64,000 bases of DNA from Blastocladiella emersonii ATCC 22665 (GCA_025594325.1 JANHCV010000011.1:248001-312000), one strand, 5' to 3'. Positions 23,311 to 33,880 are shown, counted from the stretch's first letter. Translations and numbers: made by a program. Notes: generated by a model from the letters alone, not told the origin.

Positions 23311-24219
23311 ATGGAATCAACAGCAGCAACTGCCGCGTTGGGCACGCCGACGGCCGCACGTCGACTCGGCCGCCCGCCCGGATTCGGCGACTCGGCGACG
23401 ACCATCACCGCCATCTGCCCCGCCGGATCCGTTGCGACGCAGCTCGTCGTTCAGACGGTCCAGGTCAGCGGCGTCGAGCGGATCGCCGGGCTCCGGCTCG
23501 CGTGCTCGGACGGGTCCTCGGCCGTGGCGCACTGGGATTCGGCGGCAGCTCCCGCGACCCTCGGCGACGTGGTGCCGGGCGGGATCAGCTCGCTGTACTC
23601 CCGCGCAAACACCGCCGCGGGTGTCGAGGCGATTGGCTACGGCGCGGCTCCGCGCACCGCAGACGTCTGGCGCCAGGACGACGACGCCGCCATCAAGTCG
23701 TGTCTCCTCACGGGTCTCGCGGCGAGCGTGCTCGACGACCGGTGGATCGCCGGGCTCGACGTCAAGTTCGCGTGCCCTTCACCACCACCATCCTACGTCG
23801 CACTCGCGCAGAATGCTGGCGACGGATCTCCCCCGCCACCTCCGCCCCCGCCTCCGCCGCCGCACGGTGGCCTCAGCGTGACGACGATCCTGTTCATCGT
23901 GTCGGGCGGGTTCGCCGTGTTCGTATTCACGCTAGCGGCGTGGACGTGTTTCCGCCAGCGCAACGTCAAGTACGCGCACGACGAGCTCGCGATCGAGGTC
24001 GACGTCGAGCGTGGCGGCGTCCGCAACCAGCTGCACGTCGATGACAGCGACACGTCGCCCGCGCTCACGGCGGTCCCGGCGCCGCGGAGGGGGTCGGCGC
24101 CGCGCGCGATCGCGGCGTACGCGGCACCGAAGCATGGCAACAGTAGCCGGACGGGGTTGGCGGGGGCGGCGAGCGGTGGCGCTGCAGGGTCGTCGGGGTC
24201 CAGGCACGGCGGCGCGTGA
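23311..24219 (+). CDS. Beta-prism-like single-pass membrane protein, paralog 3 (most divergent); possible upstream exon
   Basis: 'ICPAGSVATQLVVQ...IAGLRLACSDG', 'WRQDDDAAIKSCLLTGL', 'WIAGLDVKFACP', poly-Pro stalk, TM. A ctaac..cag acceptor-like motif lies at ~23293-23303. Confidence 0.65.
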   Translation: MESTAATAALGTPTAARRLGRPPGFGDSATTITAICPAGSVATQLVVQTVQVSGVERIAGLRLACSDGSSAVAHWDSAAAPATLGDVVPGGISSLYSRANTAAGVEAIGYGAAPRTADVWRQDDDAAIKSCLLTGLAASVLDDRWIAGLDVKFACPSPPPSYVALAQNAGDGSPPPPPPPPPPPHGGLSVTTILFIVSGGFAVFVFTLAAWTCFRQRNVKYAHDELAIEVDVERGGVRNQLHVDDSDTSPALTAVPAPRRGSAPRAIAAYAAPKHGNSSRTGLAGAASGGAAGSSGSRHGGA

Positions 24220-24472
24220 GAAGCTTACGCAGTCAAGCTTTCGGTTTTGTTTGTGCGGCACGCCCGGCTGCGGGTATACACTATAGCGGGCAGCTCAGTT
24301 TTGATTGTTCATTGATGCACTGGTTGATCGTGGGCGGGATGAGCGGCGCGTCGCGCTGCGCGTCGTTGCGCCCAAACTCCATGCGTCGCTGCTGCGGCTC
24401 GCCAGCTTCCTTTCTCGGCCGCGAACACGCTCGCATGAATCTGGTTCCCCTCGAGAACGCTCTATATTCCTA

Positions 24473-26812
24473 TCACACCTGCCCACCCGTCTGCTGCGGT
24501 GGGACCTGCCGCGGCTGCCCGGCTGCTGGCGGCGACACCACGCCCGCCGCCCCCGCCCCAGCCATCGCCGCGTGCAGTGCCGTGCCCAGCCCGCGCGTCT
24601 CAGCAACGAGCTGATCGAGATCCATACTCTCGCGCAGCGCCGCGACCGCGTCGTGGAGGTGCGCCTGGTACGCCTGGATCGTCGTGGTGAGCGTCGTCAC
24701 GTACAGGAGCAGCTGGCGCGTGTCGCGCGGCAGCGCCGATGCCGGCGGGAGCTGCGGGCCGAGTCCGCCCGTCGTGTTGGGGCCAGTCCCCGAAAGGCCG
24801 AAGAAGGCGGCCGAGGGGCCCACGGAGAACGGGTCGTCGAAGATCGAGCCGAAGGCGGCGGTCGCGGGGGCTTGGTCGGCGGTGGAGGGGTGGTGGTGAT
24901 GGTGCGGGATGGTCGGCGGCGTGTTCGCGGCGGGCGCCGACTCGCCGCCGGGCGCATTTGCCGGTGAGCTCGGCCGCGTGACGCCCGGCGGCGCGGGCGG
25001 CGCCCGCTGCTCGCGCATCTGGCGGCGCACGTCGGCCGTGGCGGTCGTCGGCGTGGTCGGCTGCGACGACGACTGGTTGAGGGCCGCGTACCGCCGCGCC
25101 ATGACCGCCTCGAGCTGCATCTGGTCGCGCTGCGCCTTCATGTGCTCCCAGACGACGGTGAAGTTGCGTCCGACGATGATGGACGGCAGCGCGATGAGCA
25201 GGATCCCGCACATCATGGCGGGGAACGCGATCACCTTCCCCACAAAAGTCTGCGGAACCATGTCGCCGTAGCCCGTGGTGGTGAGGGTGACGATGACGAA
25301 CCAGCACGCGGCGGGGATCGAGTCGAACCGCGAGGGGCGGCCGAACTTGTCGACGAACCCGCTGACGGCGGGGTCCCAGGTCCCGCGCTCGGCGAAATAC
25401 AGCAGCGTCGAGAAGAGCGTGACGGTGATGACGGTGAAGAAGACGAGCGCCGAGAGCGCGTCGAGCGAGCGCTTGAGGGCGATGATCAGCACCTCGATCG
25501 AAAGCTGGACCAGCGACGAGTGCCGGAACACGCGGAACACGCGGAACAGGCGGAACGTCTTGAGGATGGTCGTGCGGAACACGTACGACATGTGCGCGGC
25601 GACCGCGTCGGCGGCCGTCTCGCCGGGCAGCGGGCGGTCGCTGCTCCGCGACGCGAGCTCGACGTAGTACGGCACGATCGCGACCAGGTCGATGAGGCCC
25701 AGCGGGCTGCGGATGAACCGCCACGCCGACGCAAACGAGTCGCACCGCGCCAGCACGCGCAGCACGTACTCGAGCGTGAAGACGGCGATGATGAAGATCT
25801 CGATGCCCTGGCGGATCGCCCAGATGTCCACCTCGTTCGAGTACAGCGACGGGATCGTCTCGAGCGTGGCGACCAGCGTCGAGGCCACGATCATGAACGC
25901 GATGAACATCGACAGGTACAGCGCCGGCTTGGAACTTGACGGATCCTCGAGCAGATTGTACAGTTTCTGGTTCCACGTCAGCGAGTCGGCGTCGTCCTCG
26001 TCGTCGCCGCGCACGTTGCTCAGCGTCTGGTCGAACGACACGGCGTCATCGTCATCATGGCCGTGGTGATGCCCGCGGAACCGGTTGAGCAGCGCGGCGC
26101 CGATCTGCCCCGGGTGGAACAGCATGGACGTGGGCGACGTTGGGTTCTCCTCGCCCGAATGGTGTCGGCGCGGGGCCGCAGCCCCGTCGACGCCAAACGC
26201 CGTCTCGGTGAGCGGGATCGCCGCGTCCATGTCGTGGACCGAGCCGAGCCGCTGGAACCCGTTGCGCGACCGCGTGTTGCGCGACCCGGTCCCGCCCGCG
26301 CGCGATGCCGGCGACGCGCCCTTGCCGGTGCGGCTGGGCGGGCCGACGCGCGCGCCGACGCGCGACAGCTGGCCCTTGAACGTGTCGCGAAGGCGCGCCG
26401 AGAACCGGCTCACCGCACCGCCGGTGTGCGAGTCGTGTAGCCGGTGGTCGCTGGCGGCCGACGACGTAGCGTACTCGGACCCCGCGGCGGGGTCCAGGTC
26501 GTCGAGATCGATGCGGAAGGCTTCGGGCACGGCGGCGAACGCGCTCTCTTCCCCGTCGGCGTCGTCGTCCGTGTCCTCGCCGTCGTCGTGGTACACGGGC
26601 AGGAGCGCGGGGGAGGTGCCCGAGCGGCTGCTGCTGGCGTGCGGGTCGACGAGATGCGCCCCGGACGAGGACGCGGACACGGTCGTTGAGGCGTGCTGGT
26701 GTTTCCGCCGCGCGCGCGAGCGGGAGCGGCTGCGCGAGCGCGACGTGCTCCGGCGCGTCAGCCGCGACTCGGGGCGCGAGCCGTCGTGGTACGACGAGGC
26801 GTGGTGATCCAT
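24473..26812 (-). CDS. Voltage-gated potassium channel (6TM Kv/Shaker-superfamily), no recognisable T1 domain
   Basis: 'LYNLLEDPSSS', 'FTLEYVLR', 'IDLVAIVPYY', S4 'KTFRLFRVFRVFRH', pore 'SIPAACWFVIVTLTTTGYGDMVP', S6 'GILLIALPSIIVGRNF'. Confidence 0.93.
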   Translation of the reverse strand: MDHHASSYHDGSRPESRLTRRSTSRSRSRSRSRARRKHQHASTTVSASSSGAHLVDPHASSSRSGTSPALLPVYHDDGEDTDDDADGEESAFAAVPEAFRIDLDDLDPAAGSEYATSSAASDHRLHDSHTGGAVSRFSARLRDTFKGQLSRVGARVGPPSRTGKGASPASRAGGTGSRNTRSRNGFQRLGSVHDMDAAIPLTETAFGVDGAAAPRRHHSGEENPTSPTSMLFHPGQIGAALLNRFRGHHHGHDDDDAVSFDQTLSNVRGDDEDDADSLTWNQKLYNLLEDPSSSKPALYLSMFIAFMIVASTLVATLETIPSLYSNEVDIWAIRQGIEIFIIAVFTLEYVLRVLARCDSFASAWRFIRSPLGLIDLVAIVPYYVELASRSSDRPLPGETAADAVAAHMSYVFRTTILKTFRLFRVFRVFRHSSLVQLSIEVLIIALKRSLDALSALVFFTVITVTLFSTLLYFAERGTWDPAVSGFVDKFGRPSRFDSIPAACWFVIVTLTTTGYGDMVPQTFVGKVIAFPAMMCGILLIALPSIIVGRNFTVVWEHMKAQRDQMQLEAVMARRYAALNQSSSQPTTPTTATADVRRQMREQRAPPAPPGVTRPSSPANAPGGESAPAANTPPTIPHHHHHPSTADQAPATAAFGSIFDDPFSVGPSAAFFGLSGTGPNTTGGLGPQLPPASALPRDTRQLLLYVTTLTTTIQAYQAHLHDAVAALRESMDLDQLVAETRGLGTALHAAMAGAGAAGVVSPPAAGQPRQVPPQQTGGQV

Positions 26813-27048
26813 GGCAGCCGTCGAGGCGGGTGCGGAGTGCGGAGTGGGGAGAGCGAGGGCGCTGCGGGCGGACCGAAGAACACGGCGTGTGGCGCGTCGC
26901 CCAGATTTCCGGTTCGCGTGCCCTTGACAGACGTGACGCGGGTGGCTGAGGCGATCATGTCTCCGCCTCGTCTCCGCCGCGATACGGCACTCGCCCTCCC
27001 TCTCCCTCACGGCCCTCGCATGCAGAGGGGCGCCCACTAGACACTGCC

Positions 27049-28973
27049 ATGTATCACTCGCTCCGCTCGGCCGCCGTGCTCCGCCGGGCTGCCGCCGCTG
27101 CCTCAGCCGCCGGCCCCACCGCGGCTCGCGCTACCGCCTCGGCGCCCGCGCGCCGCGTGCTGTGGTCGGACGCGCGCACGTACACGACGCCGCCCGTCAT
27201 CGCGGAGCCGCACCGCCTGCTGCAGGACGTGCCGCGGTTCACGTTCCTGAACCCGGTCATGTCGACGCGCATGGTGCGGGCCTACAAGCGCGAGCGCAAC
27301 GCGGCGGTGGCCATCCTGAAGCGGCACTTCCGGCAGCCCGACATCATCCAGCCGGGCAAGCCCATCGACATGCAGATGTCGGCGGTGCTACAGAAGCTCG
27401 GGTTCAAGGCCAAGGTGTCGTGGACCTACGACTTCCAGACCGTCGAGAGCGTGCTGGCGTTCCTCGAGGAGCGGTCCAATGCGCAGCTGCTGTACAACCT
27501 GCTATCGCTCGCGTCCGTCGTTGCCGGCGCCGCCATTTCGTGGTACTACGCCGACCAGGCCAAGAAGCGCGAGGAGCAGCGGTACCGCGACGAGCTCAAG
27601 CAGGACGAGGAGCGCCGCCGGCTCGAGGCGCAGAAGCAGAAGTGGGACGCGCTCTTCGACGTGTCCATGACCGTCCCGCACGCCGACCCGCTGTCGCCGC
27701 GCCTCGTCGGCGCCATCCGGTGCCCCGACTCCCGCGCCGTGCGCGACGAGATCCTCGCCATCCTCGACGCCGACCACGCCGTGCACTCGTCGCCCTTCTT
27801 CAACGTGATTGTGGGCCCGAGCGGCAGCGGGAAGAGTGTTTTGGTGACCGGCATCTTCGACGAGATCCTCGAGCAGGTGAACCGCGCGCACGCGGCCGAC
27901 GAGTCGGGCGACGACGAGGACCTGCGCGGCCGCCGCGTCGTCCTGTACACGGACTTCAAGGACGCGTTCAAGGTCAACTCGCTCGAGTTTGTCGAGGAGC
28001 GCTTCTTCGACTTCCTCGACGAGCTGCAGGTCCGCAGCGAGCGCAACGGCGAGCGCATCGCGCTCTTCATCGACGCGGCCGACCTCATGGCCAACGTGTT
28101 TGACGGCGACCGCCTGCCCGCCGTCATGCGCCATATCCACGAGACGGGCAAGTTCGTCGACGTGTTCCTCGTCTACAACTCGCACTCGGCGTATTCCCGA
28201 GCGGTCGCCCAGCCCGGGATGGCCACGCAGCACCGCCTCATCACCGTGCCGTACATCGAGGACCGCTCGGCGCTGCTCGGGTACGCCCAGGAACTGCGCA
28301 GGCAGTGCGCGGCCGCGGGGCTCGGCGACCGGTGGAACGTGCCCGAGGAGGCCGTTGTCGAGATTGTCGGCGGCCAGTTTGACGACTATGCCCGGATCAT
28401 GCGCACCATCAAGGGCGGGCACAAGACGCTTCGCGGTACGTTTGCCGCCACTCGCTGACCTCGATCCCGACTCACACTGCACGCGTCCCCGTAGAGGTGC
28501 TCAAGGAACTCCTCAGCCAGTCGCAGGAGCGCGTCGAGGGCGCGCTGAACATGTACACGGGCAAGATCGACCTCACCACAGGCTACTATCTGTCGATCGC
28601 CGAGAGCATCGTCGCGCGCCGGCCCGTCTCGGTGCCGCTGCACCTGCAGAAGCAGTTCATGGACCTCAACTACTTCTTCCGCACCGACACGGCCTACGTC
28701 CCTCCGACCGCTGCTGGCGACTCGTCCGCGGCGGCGGCGGCGATCCTCGACGAGCGGCACCGCGACGGCATGATTTTCTACTACCCGCGCGACCAGACCG
28801 TGTTCGAGCACGTGCTGCGCAACCCGCAGTACAAGAAGCACCTCGCTAACGTGCGCAAGGTCGCCGACCGGTCGCCGCTCATCTCGAGCGAGGCCGCCGA
28901 GGATATCCTCGCCGCCAAGTCGGCCACGCACCAGCGCGGCAAGCGGCGGAGCTGGTGGCGGTTCTGGTCGTAA
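27049..28973 (+). CDS. Predicted mitochondrial single-TM P-loop NTPase (AAA/STAND-like). Intron 28436..28494
   Basis: Arg/Ala-rich presequence 'MYHSLRSAAVLRRAA', TM 'LLSLASVVAGAAISWYY', Walker A 'GPSGSGKS', Walker B-like 'ALFIDAAD'. Confidence 0.7.
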
Positions 28974-29038
28974 ACCCGCAAATAGTAGATCCTAGGTAGT
29001 AGTGATATATATACGCAATCGTGCAATCTCCCCCTCGC

Positions 29039-30893
29039 TCACCCATCCAACGGCGCGTGCCGCACCTCCTCCTCCTCACTCTCCCGCTTGCCCACCACCT
29101 CAGGCTTGAGCGGCGGCGAGACCGCGGGCGATGGCGGGAAATGGAAATCGCGAAAGACGTGCTCGAGCTCCTCGAGCGGGTGGTCGAGGTCGCCGTACTG
29201 GAACGGGAGCACGGACATGGCCTCGACGCCGTGGTCCGTGGTCATGACCGACTTGACGCGGCGCGCGCGGTTCAGCAGCGCCTGCACCTCGCCGTGGATC
29301 GCGTCCTTTGGCGGCGCGTGCGGCGGCGTCGACCGCAGCGCGGCGAGTGCGGGCCAGTCGATGTTGCGGAAGAACGGGTGCGTCTTCAGGTCGGCGAGTT
29401 TGGGGCGGTTGTCGGGGTCTTTTTGGAGTAGCTACGCGTGCGGGAGGGGGGTTAGGTGGGTGGGTGGATTCGGGCGTGGTGAGGGTGAGCGTACCTTGGT
29501 GATGAACGCGGCCGCCTCGCGCGTAAAGTAGCCGGGGATCTTGGGTTTCCGGCTCAGGATGCCCGTCTCAACGTCCTTGGGCGTGCGGCCCGTGAACGGT
29601 GGCTACAACACGGACACGCGCGCGAGTCAGCACCCTGCACTACGCGACCCGACAGCCGTCACGCGCGTACCCCGCCCGAGAGCATGTAGTAAGTGAGGAT
29701 GCCGAGCCCCCACACGTCGACGCGCTCGTCGTACGGCTTGCGCTGGATCATCTCGGGGGCCATGTAGTCAAAGGTGCCGCAGAAGCTGTTGGCGCGGAAC
29801 TGCATGTCCTCAGTGAAGGCGAACTTGGCCAGGCCAAAGTCGGTCAGCTTGATGTGGCCCGACGCGTCGATGAGGATGTTCTCGAGCTACACGCAGGGGG
29901 CGTGTGAGTGGGTTTCGGTGGAGTAGGGTGGGGCGAGGAGGGGAAGCAGTACCTTGAGGTCGCGGTAGATGATCTTCATCGAGTGCAGGTGCTCGAGCGC
30001 GAGGAGGATCTCGGCGACGTAGAAGCTCGCGGTGCTCTCTACACTTCCGAGAGTCAGTCACCCACGCCCACCGAACCACACCACCATGAGCGTACCGATA
30101 CACAGCCCTTCCTTGGCGACATACTCCCACATCTCGCCGCCCTCGGCCCAGTCGAGGATCAGGTACAGGTGGGTCTGGTCCTGGAACGCCCACCGCAGCG
30201 TGACGAGGAACGGGTGCTGGTTGATGGACGCGAGAATGTCGCGCTCGTTGACGCCGTCGCGGTAGATCTTGGGCCGCGGCGACCCGCCCGCCTTGGGCGT
30301 GCCGGGGCGCGGCGGCGTGGAGGTGCCGTTCGCGGGGTTGGAGTCAAGCGACTCGACCGACGCGGTCGCCGAAGCAGCAGCAGCAGCAGCAGCGGCGGCG
30401 GCGGTGGCCGCAGCGGCCTCCTTGGCCTTGCGCTTGGCGGCCTTGGTCAGCTTGGGCCGCACCACCTTGTTCATGACCTTCATGGCGTACAGCTTGCCCG
30501 AGGCAATGTGCTGGACCAGGTACACCTACTTCACGCGGGCCCGTCAGCCACCGGTCGGCGCGACGCGACGCGATGCCCACGAAAGGGGAGGGGGACCTTG
30601 GCGAACCCGCCGGTGCCCAGGAGCTTGAGCACGGTAAAGTCGCTGCACGTCATGACGGGCGCGGCAGCGGGCGCCGCGGGGACGGGACCTGGTGCAACGC
30701 GCGCACGGGAGGGCGATCAGGGCGCGCCATAGCTGCGGGACGCGAGAAGGGGATGGATACCGGCAGCAGCGGCAGAGGTGCCGTTGGCCTCGACCGCGGC
30801 CGGCGCGGCAGTGGGCGGAGCCGGGTCCGCTGGTGTCGATGCATGGTGGCCGTTCGGCTCAGTGGCGGCCGTGGCCGTGGCCGGATCGTTCAT
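29039..30893 (-). CDS. AGC-group Ser/Thr kinase, S6K/Psk1/Ypk3-like; multi-exon
   Basis: 'LGTGGFAK', 'YAMKVM', 'HPFLVTLRWAFQ', 'IIYRDLK|LENILIDASGHIKLTDFGLAK', 'SFCGTFDYMAPE', 'HPFFRNIDW'. Confidence 0.9.
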
Positions 30894-31556
30894 TTGCAAG
30901 TGTAGCGTGGTGGTGTCAAGCGGGAGAGAGCGAGCGTGGGAGGAGGCCGGCGGCCTGATAACTCTCTCGACCGGAAGCGTGTGGCGCGCGGAGACATCGG
31001 GCACGACCTGCCACTCCTGTCGGCACTCTGAAACGCGACGCGATCCTCGTGGCGCAGCAGCAAGCAGCACCGACGCGCTGACCGACGCGCTGACCGACGC
31101 GCTCCACTGGCCTGCACCAAGGGTGCGCGTCTCGTGGATTTTTCGCCCTGGATAACAGGGTATATGTAAGTTTCCGTGCACCGCCCACGGCTCTGTGTCG
31201 CAGGCGCCAAGACCCACGCGCGCTGTCCCTCGCACTGGCGGCACCGTCCTCACACTCGCGACAACACTCCGCTAAGGCGTTACGCTGCTGGACACGATGA
31301 CTCTGGCAACCGGTTCGCGCGCTCGCCACGCTGCCAGCAAGGGAACTGCTGTCAGCAAGGAAGGAAGCGTGCGGTGGCCGTGCAAGGCAACCAAACACCT
31401 TGCGTTCATGCCAGACCTTGGGGTGACTCATGCGAGCCCCGAGCCAGCGACCTCGAGTAGAATCAAACCCCGCCCGCTTCCTCTCCCCTCTCCTCGCCAA
31501 CTGCGTTCATCGTCGCGTTGAAGCTGTTCTATACCCGCAACACGAGCGAACCCATC

Positions 31557-33633
31557 ATGAACGCTCTCGACACCGCGCAAGTCACCGCCGCTGCTCTCGC
31601 GTCGTTCTACACGGTACGCTCGGCCCGCTGACCACATGCAGTCAAGTCCATAAGCTGATCCAACCCGCCGCCCTTGTCCAGGCCACCCGCGACGCCAAGC
31701 ACCAGCCGTCCCAGCTCGAGTTTGAGGCGGCGCTCTTGACCAACGCTAGCAAGCTGCTCGCCATCTACGTTGCGTTCGCGCACCACTTCGAGGAGCCCAT
31801 TGACCTCTCGCCCGCCTTTGTCGCGTCGCTCTTCGAGTACCTGACGGACCCCGGCTACATGTACGGGTGGGGCGTGATTGAGGGCCGCGCCGCGCGCGAA
31901 GCCGCGTGCGTGTACTACTCGCAGACCGCCGGCGCCGGGTGCACGCCCGTCCCAGCCGCCAGCTACGAGCACTGCGCCGCCGACCTCGCGGGCTCGTTCG
32001 CAGAGATCGTAAGCCGCGCTGCCGACGAGGACGTCGAGTGGCACGCGCTGCGGGTCGTCAAGGCCATTTACGAGGTCTACTTCAGCTGGCTCGGTAAGTC
32101 GCAAAACAAGGAGCGCTCCGTGGCGGACCGCCACGTTATCGCCAAGGAGTTTGCGGTGAAGAAGCTCTATGCGCTCATTGGCGGCTGGTACTTCAAGCAC
32201 GTCGTGTCGTCTAGTGTCCGCAAGTGGCTCGCGGCGCCGTACGGCGCGGACGGCGGTGACGGCATGTATCTGGACGATGGCGAGGACGCTGAGTACGAGG
32301 AGGAAGAGGAGGAGTGCGAGGAGGAGGTAGAGGAGGAGGCTGACTACGACAAGACCAACCACGGCGCGACCACCGCGACTGACTCGCTCACCGATCCCAG
32401 CAGCGACGACGACGGTGAGTGCGACAGCGACTGGATCGATGTCGATACTGACGCTGACGCACTCGCCGACGAGCTGAAGGTGCAGTTTGGCGTACTGCGC
32501 ATGCTCCGAGGCGCGGCGCTGTGGCTCATTCGCGAGCGGTGGGTCGCGCCGGTCTTAACTGTCCCGGACCTGGTGCCCGAGCTCCAGTTCCACTACACCA
32601 AGCACCTAATGAACCGCGTGCACGAGTCGTTGGTCGAAAGCGTGGTGCGGCTGCTCGACGGGGTGCGTCCGCTCAGAGTGCCAAGGCCGGCAAGCTGCTC
32701 AACATCCGCCTTGAGCTCGTTTTTGACCAGGGCAAGGATAAGGACGAGGACCTGCTGGTCACGCAGGCCTACGCCGCGGCGCTGTTCGAGTACCTTACCA
32801 AGAACGACATCGGGGGCCTGAACAAGGACTCGGACTCGTCCAGCATCATCGCCGCGCTCCGCTACCGCGCGCGCACCGGCGCCAAGGCGTACGCGCCCGC
32901 GCCGCCGGGCTTCGAGCCGATCGTCGCCGAGCTCGCGGGCGGCTTCTGGCGCCTCGTGAACCGCGCCCTTGACCAGCACGTTGCGCGGCAGATCACGCGG
33001 ATCGTCATGGCCGCGCACGCCGCGATCCTCGCCTCGTACGAGAGCGAAGGATGTTCCAAGACGTACACCAAGGCGCAGTTTGCGCCGCTCGCCAGGGTCA
33101 GCGCCCTCGACACGGTCCACTTCCTCGTGCGGTACCCCGGCGTGTACATCTGGATGCCCCCCGCGCTCGGCGCGTGGATCAACTGGCGCGGCGACGACGA
33201 CGATCCCGCCGCGCCGCAGCCCGACCTGGGCGACGAGTTTGAGCAGGCGTTCCCGAACATGGTCATCGCGGCCGGCTTGTTTGACGCCAAGGAGGAGGAC
33301 CACGACGGCGAGTCCGAGGACGACGGCGACTCGAACGACAGCGACTCGCACGGCGACGACTCGAACGACAGCGACTCGCACGGCGACGACTCGAACGACG
33401 GCGACGACACTGACCGCGACGACACTGACCGCGACGACTCGCGCAGCAACGACATGGACGGCGACGGCTCGCAGGGCGGCGTCAAGGAGGCCATGGACGA
33501 CGTCCTCGCCATGGAGCTCAAGATGCGGTTCCGTCTCCTCCGCGGGCTGCGGGACACGGCGATCTGGCTGATCATGAACGGGTGGGTGGCGCATGACTTC
33601 ACCCTCCCGGAACTGGTGCCCGAGCTCGTGTAA
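31557..33633 (+). CDS. Orphan protein built from two ~300-aa helical modules, each with an acidic low-complexity insert. Exons ~31557..31613, 31682..32662, 32731..33633
   Basis: Module pairs 'AFVASLFEYLT'/'AYAAALFEYLT' and 'LADELKVQFGVLRMLRGAALWLIRERWVAPVLTVPDLVPEL'/'LAMELKMRFRLLRGLRDTAIWLIMNGWVAHDFTLPELVPEL'. Two 68-nt GT-AG introns restore frame. Confidence 0.65.
33328..33432 (+). repeat. Coding tandem repeats: 30-bp unit (DSNDSDSHGD) x2+ and 15-bp unit (DDTDR) x2
   Basis: gactcgaacgacagcgactcgcacggcgac at 33328 and 33358; gacgacactgaccgc at 33403 and 33418. Confidence 0.9.
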
Positions 33634-33880
33634 GCGGGATGCGATCGTGCGGCATGACCGGCTGGATACATTTGCATTTAGTTCTCTATGGATCGAGAGT
33701 GGTTGTGGGCATGGAGGTGAGAGGCGCTGAGAGTGAGGCATGAGCGAGGAGAAACAGTATGGTGGCGCCACAGCGACGGACGTGGCAGCTGGGTCGAGTG
33801 ACTCTCGCAGCAGCGCCGCTCGCCCTTCCGCGAAGGCGCACCGCGAGCGAGCTGGGCTCCCCAGATACCCGCCCTCTACC

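Noticed and set aside
16850-24219. Bacterial CBASS operon or contaminant interpretation of the NTase block
   Set aside because: The NTase has a spliceosomal intron, its neighbours are eukaryotic-type genes, and no Cap2/Cap3 or phospholipase/endonuclease effector is visible.
32663-32676. 14-nt micro-intron or programmed frameshift joining the two modules
   Set aside because: A normal 68-nt GTGCGT..CAG intron (32663-32730) restores the frame equally well and fits the genome's intron sizes.
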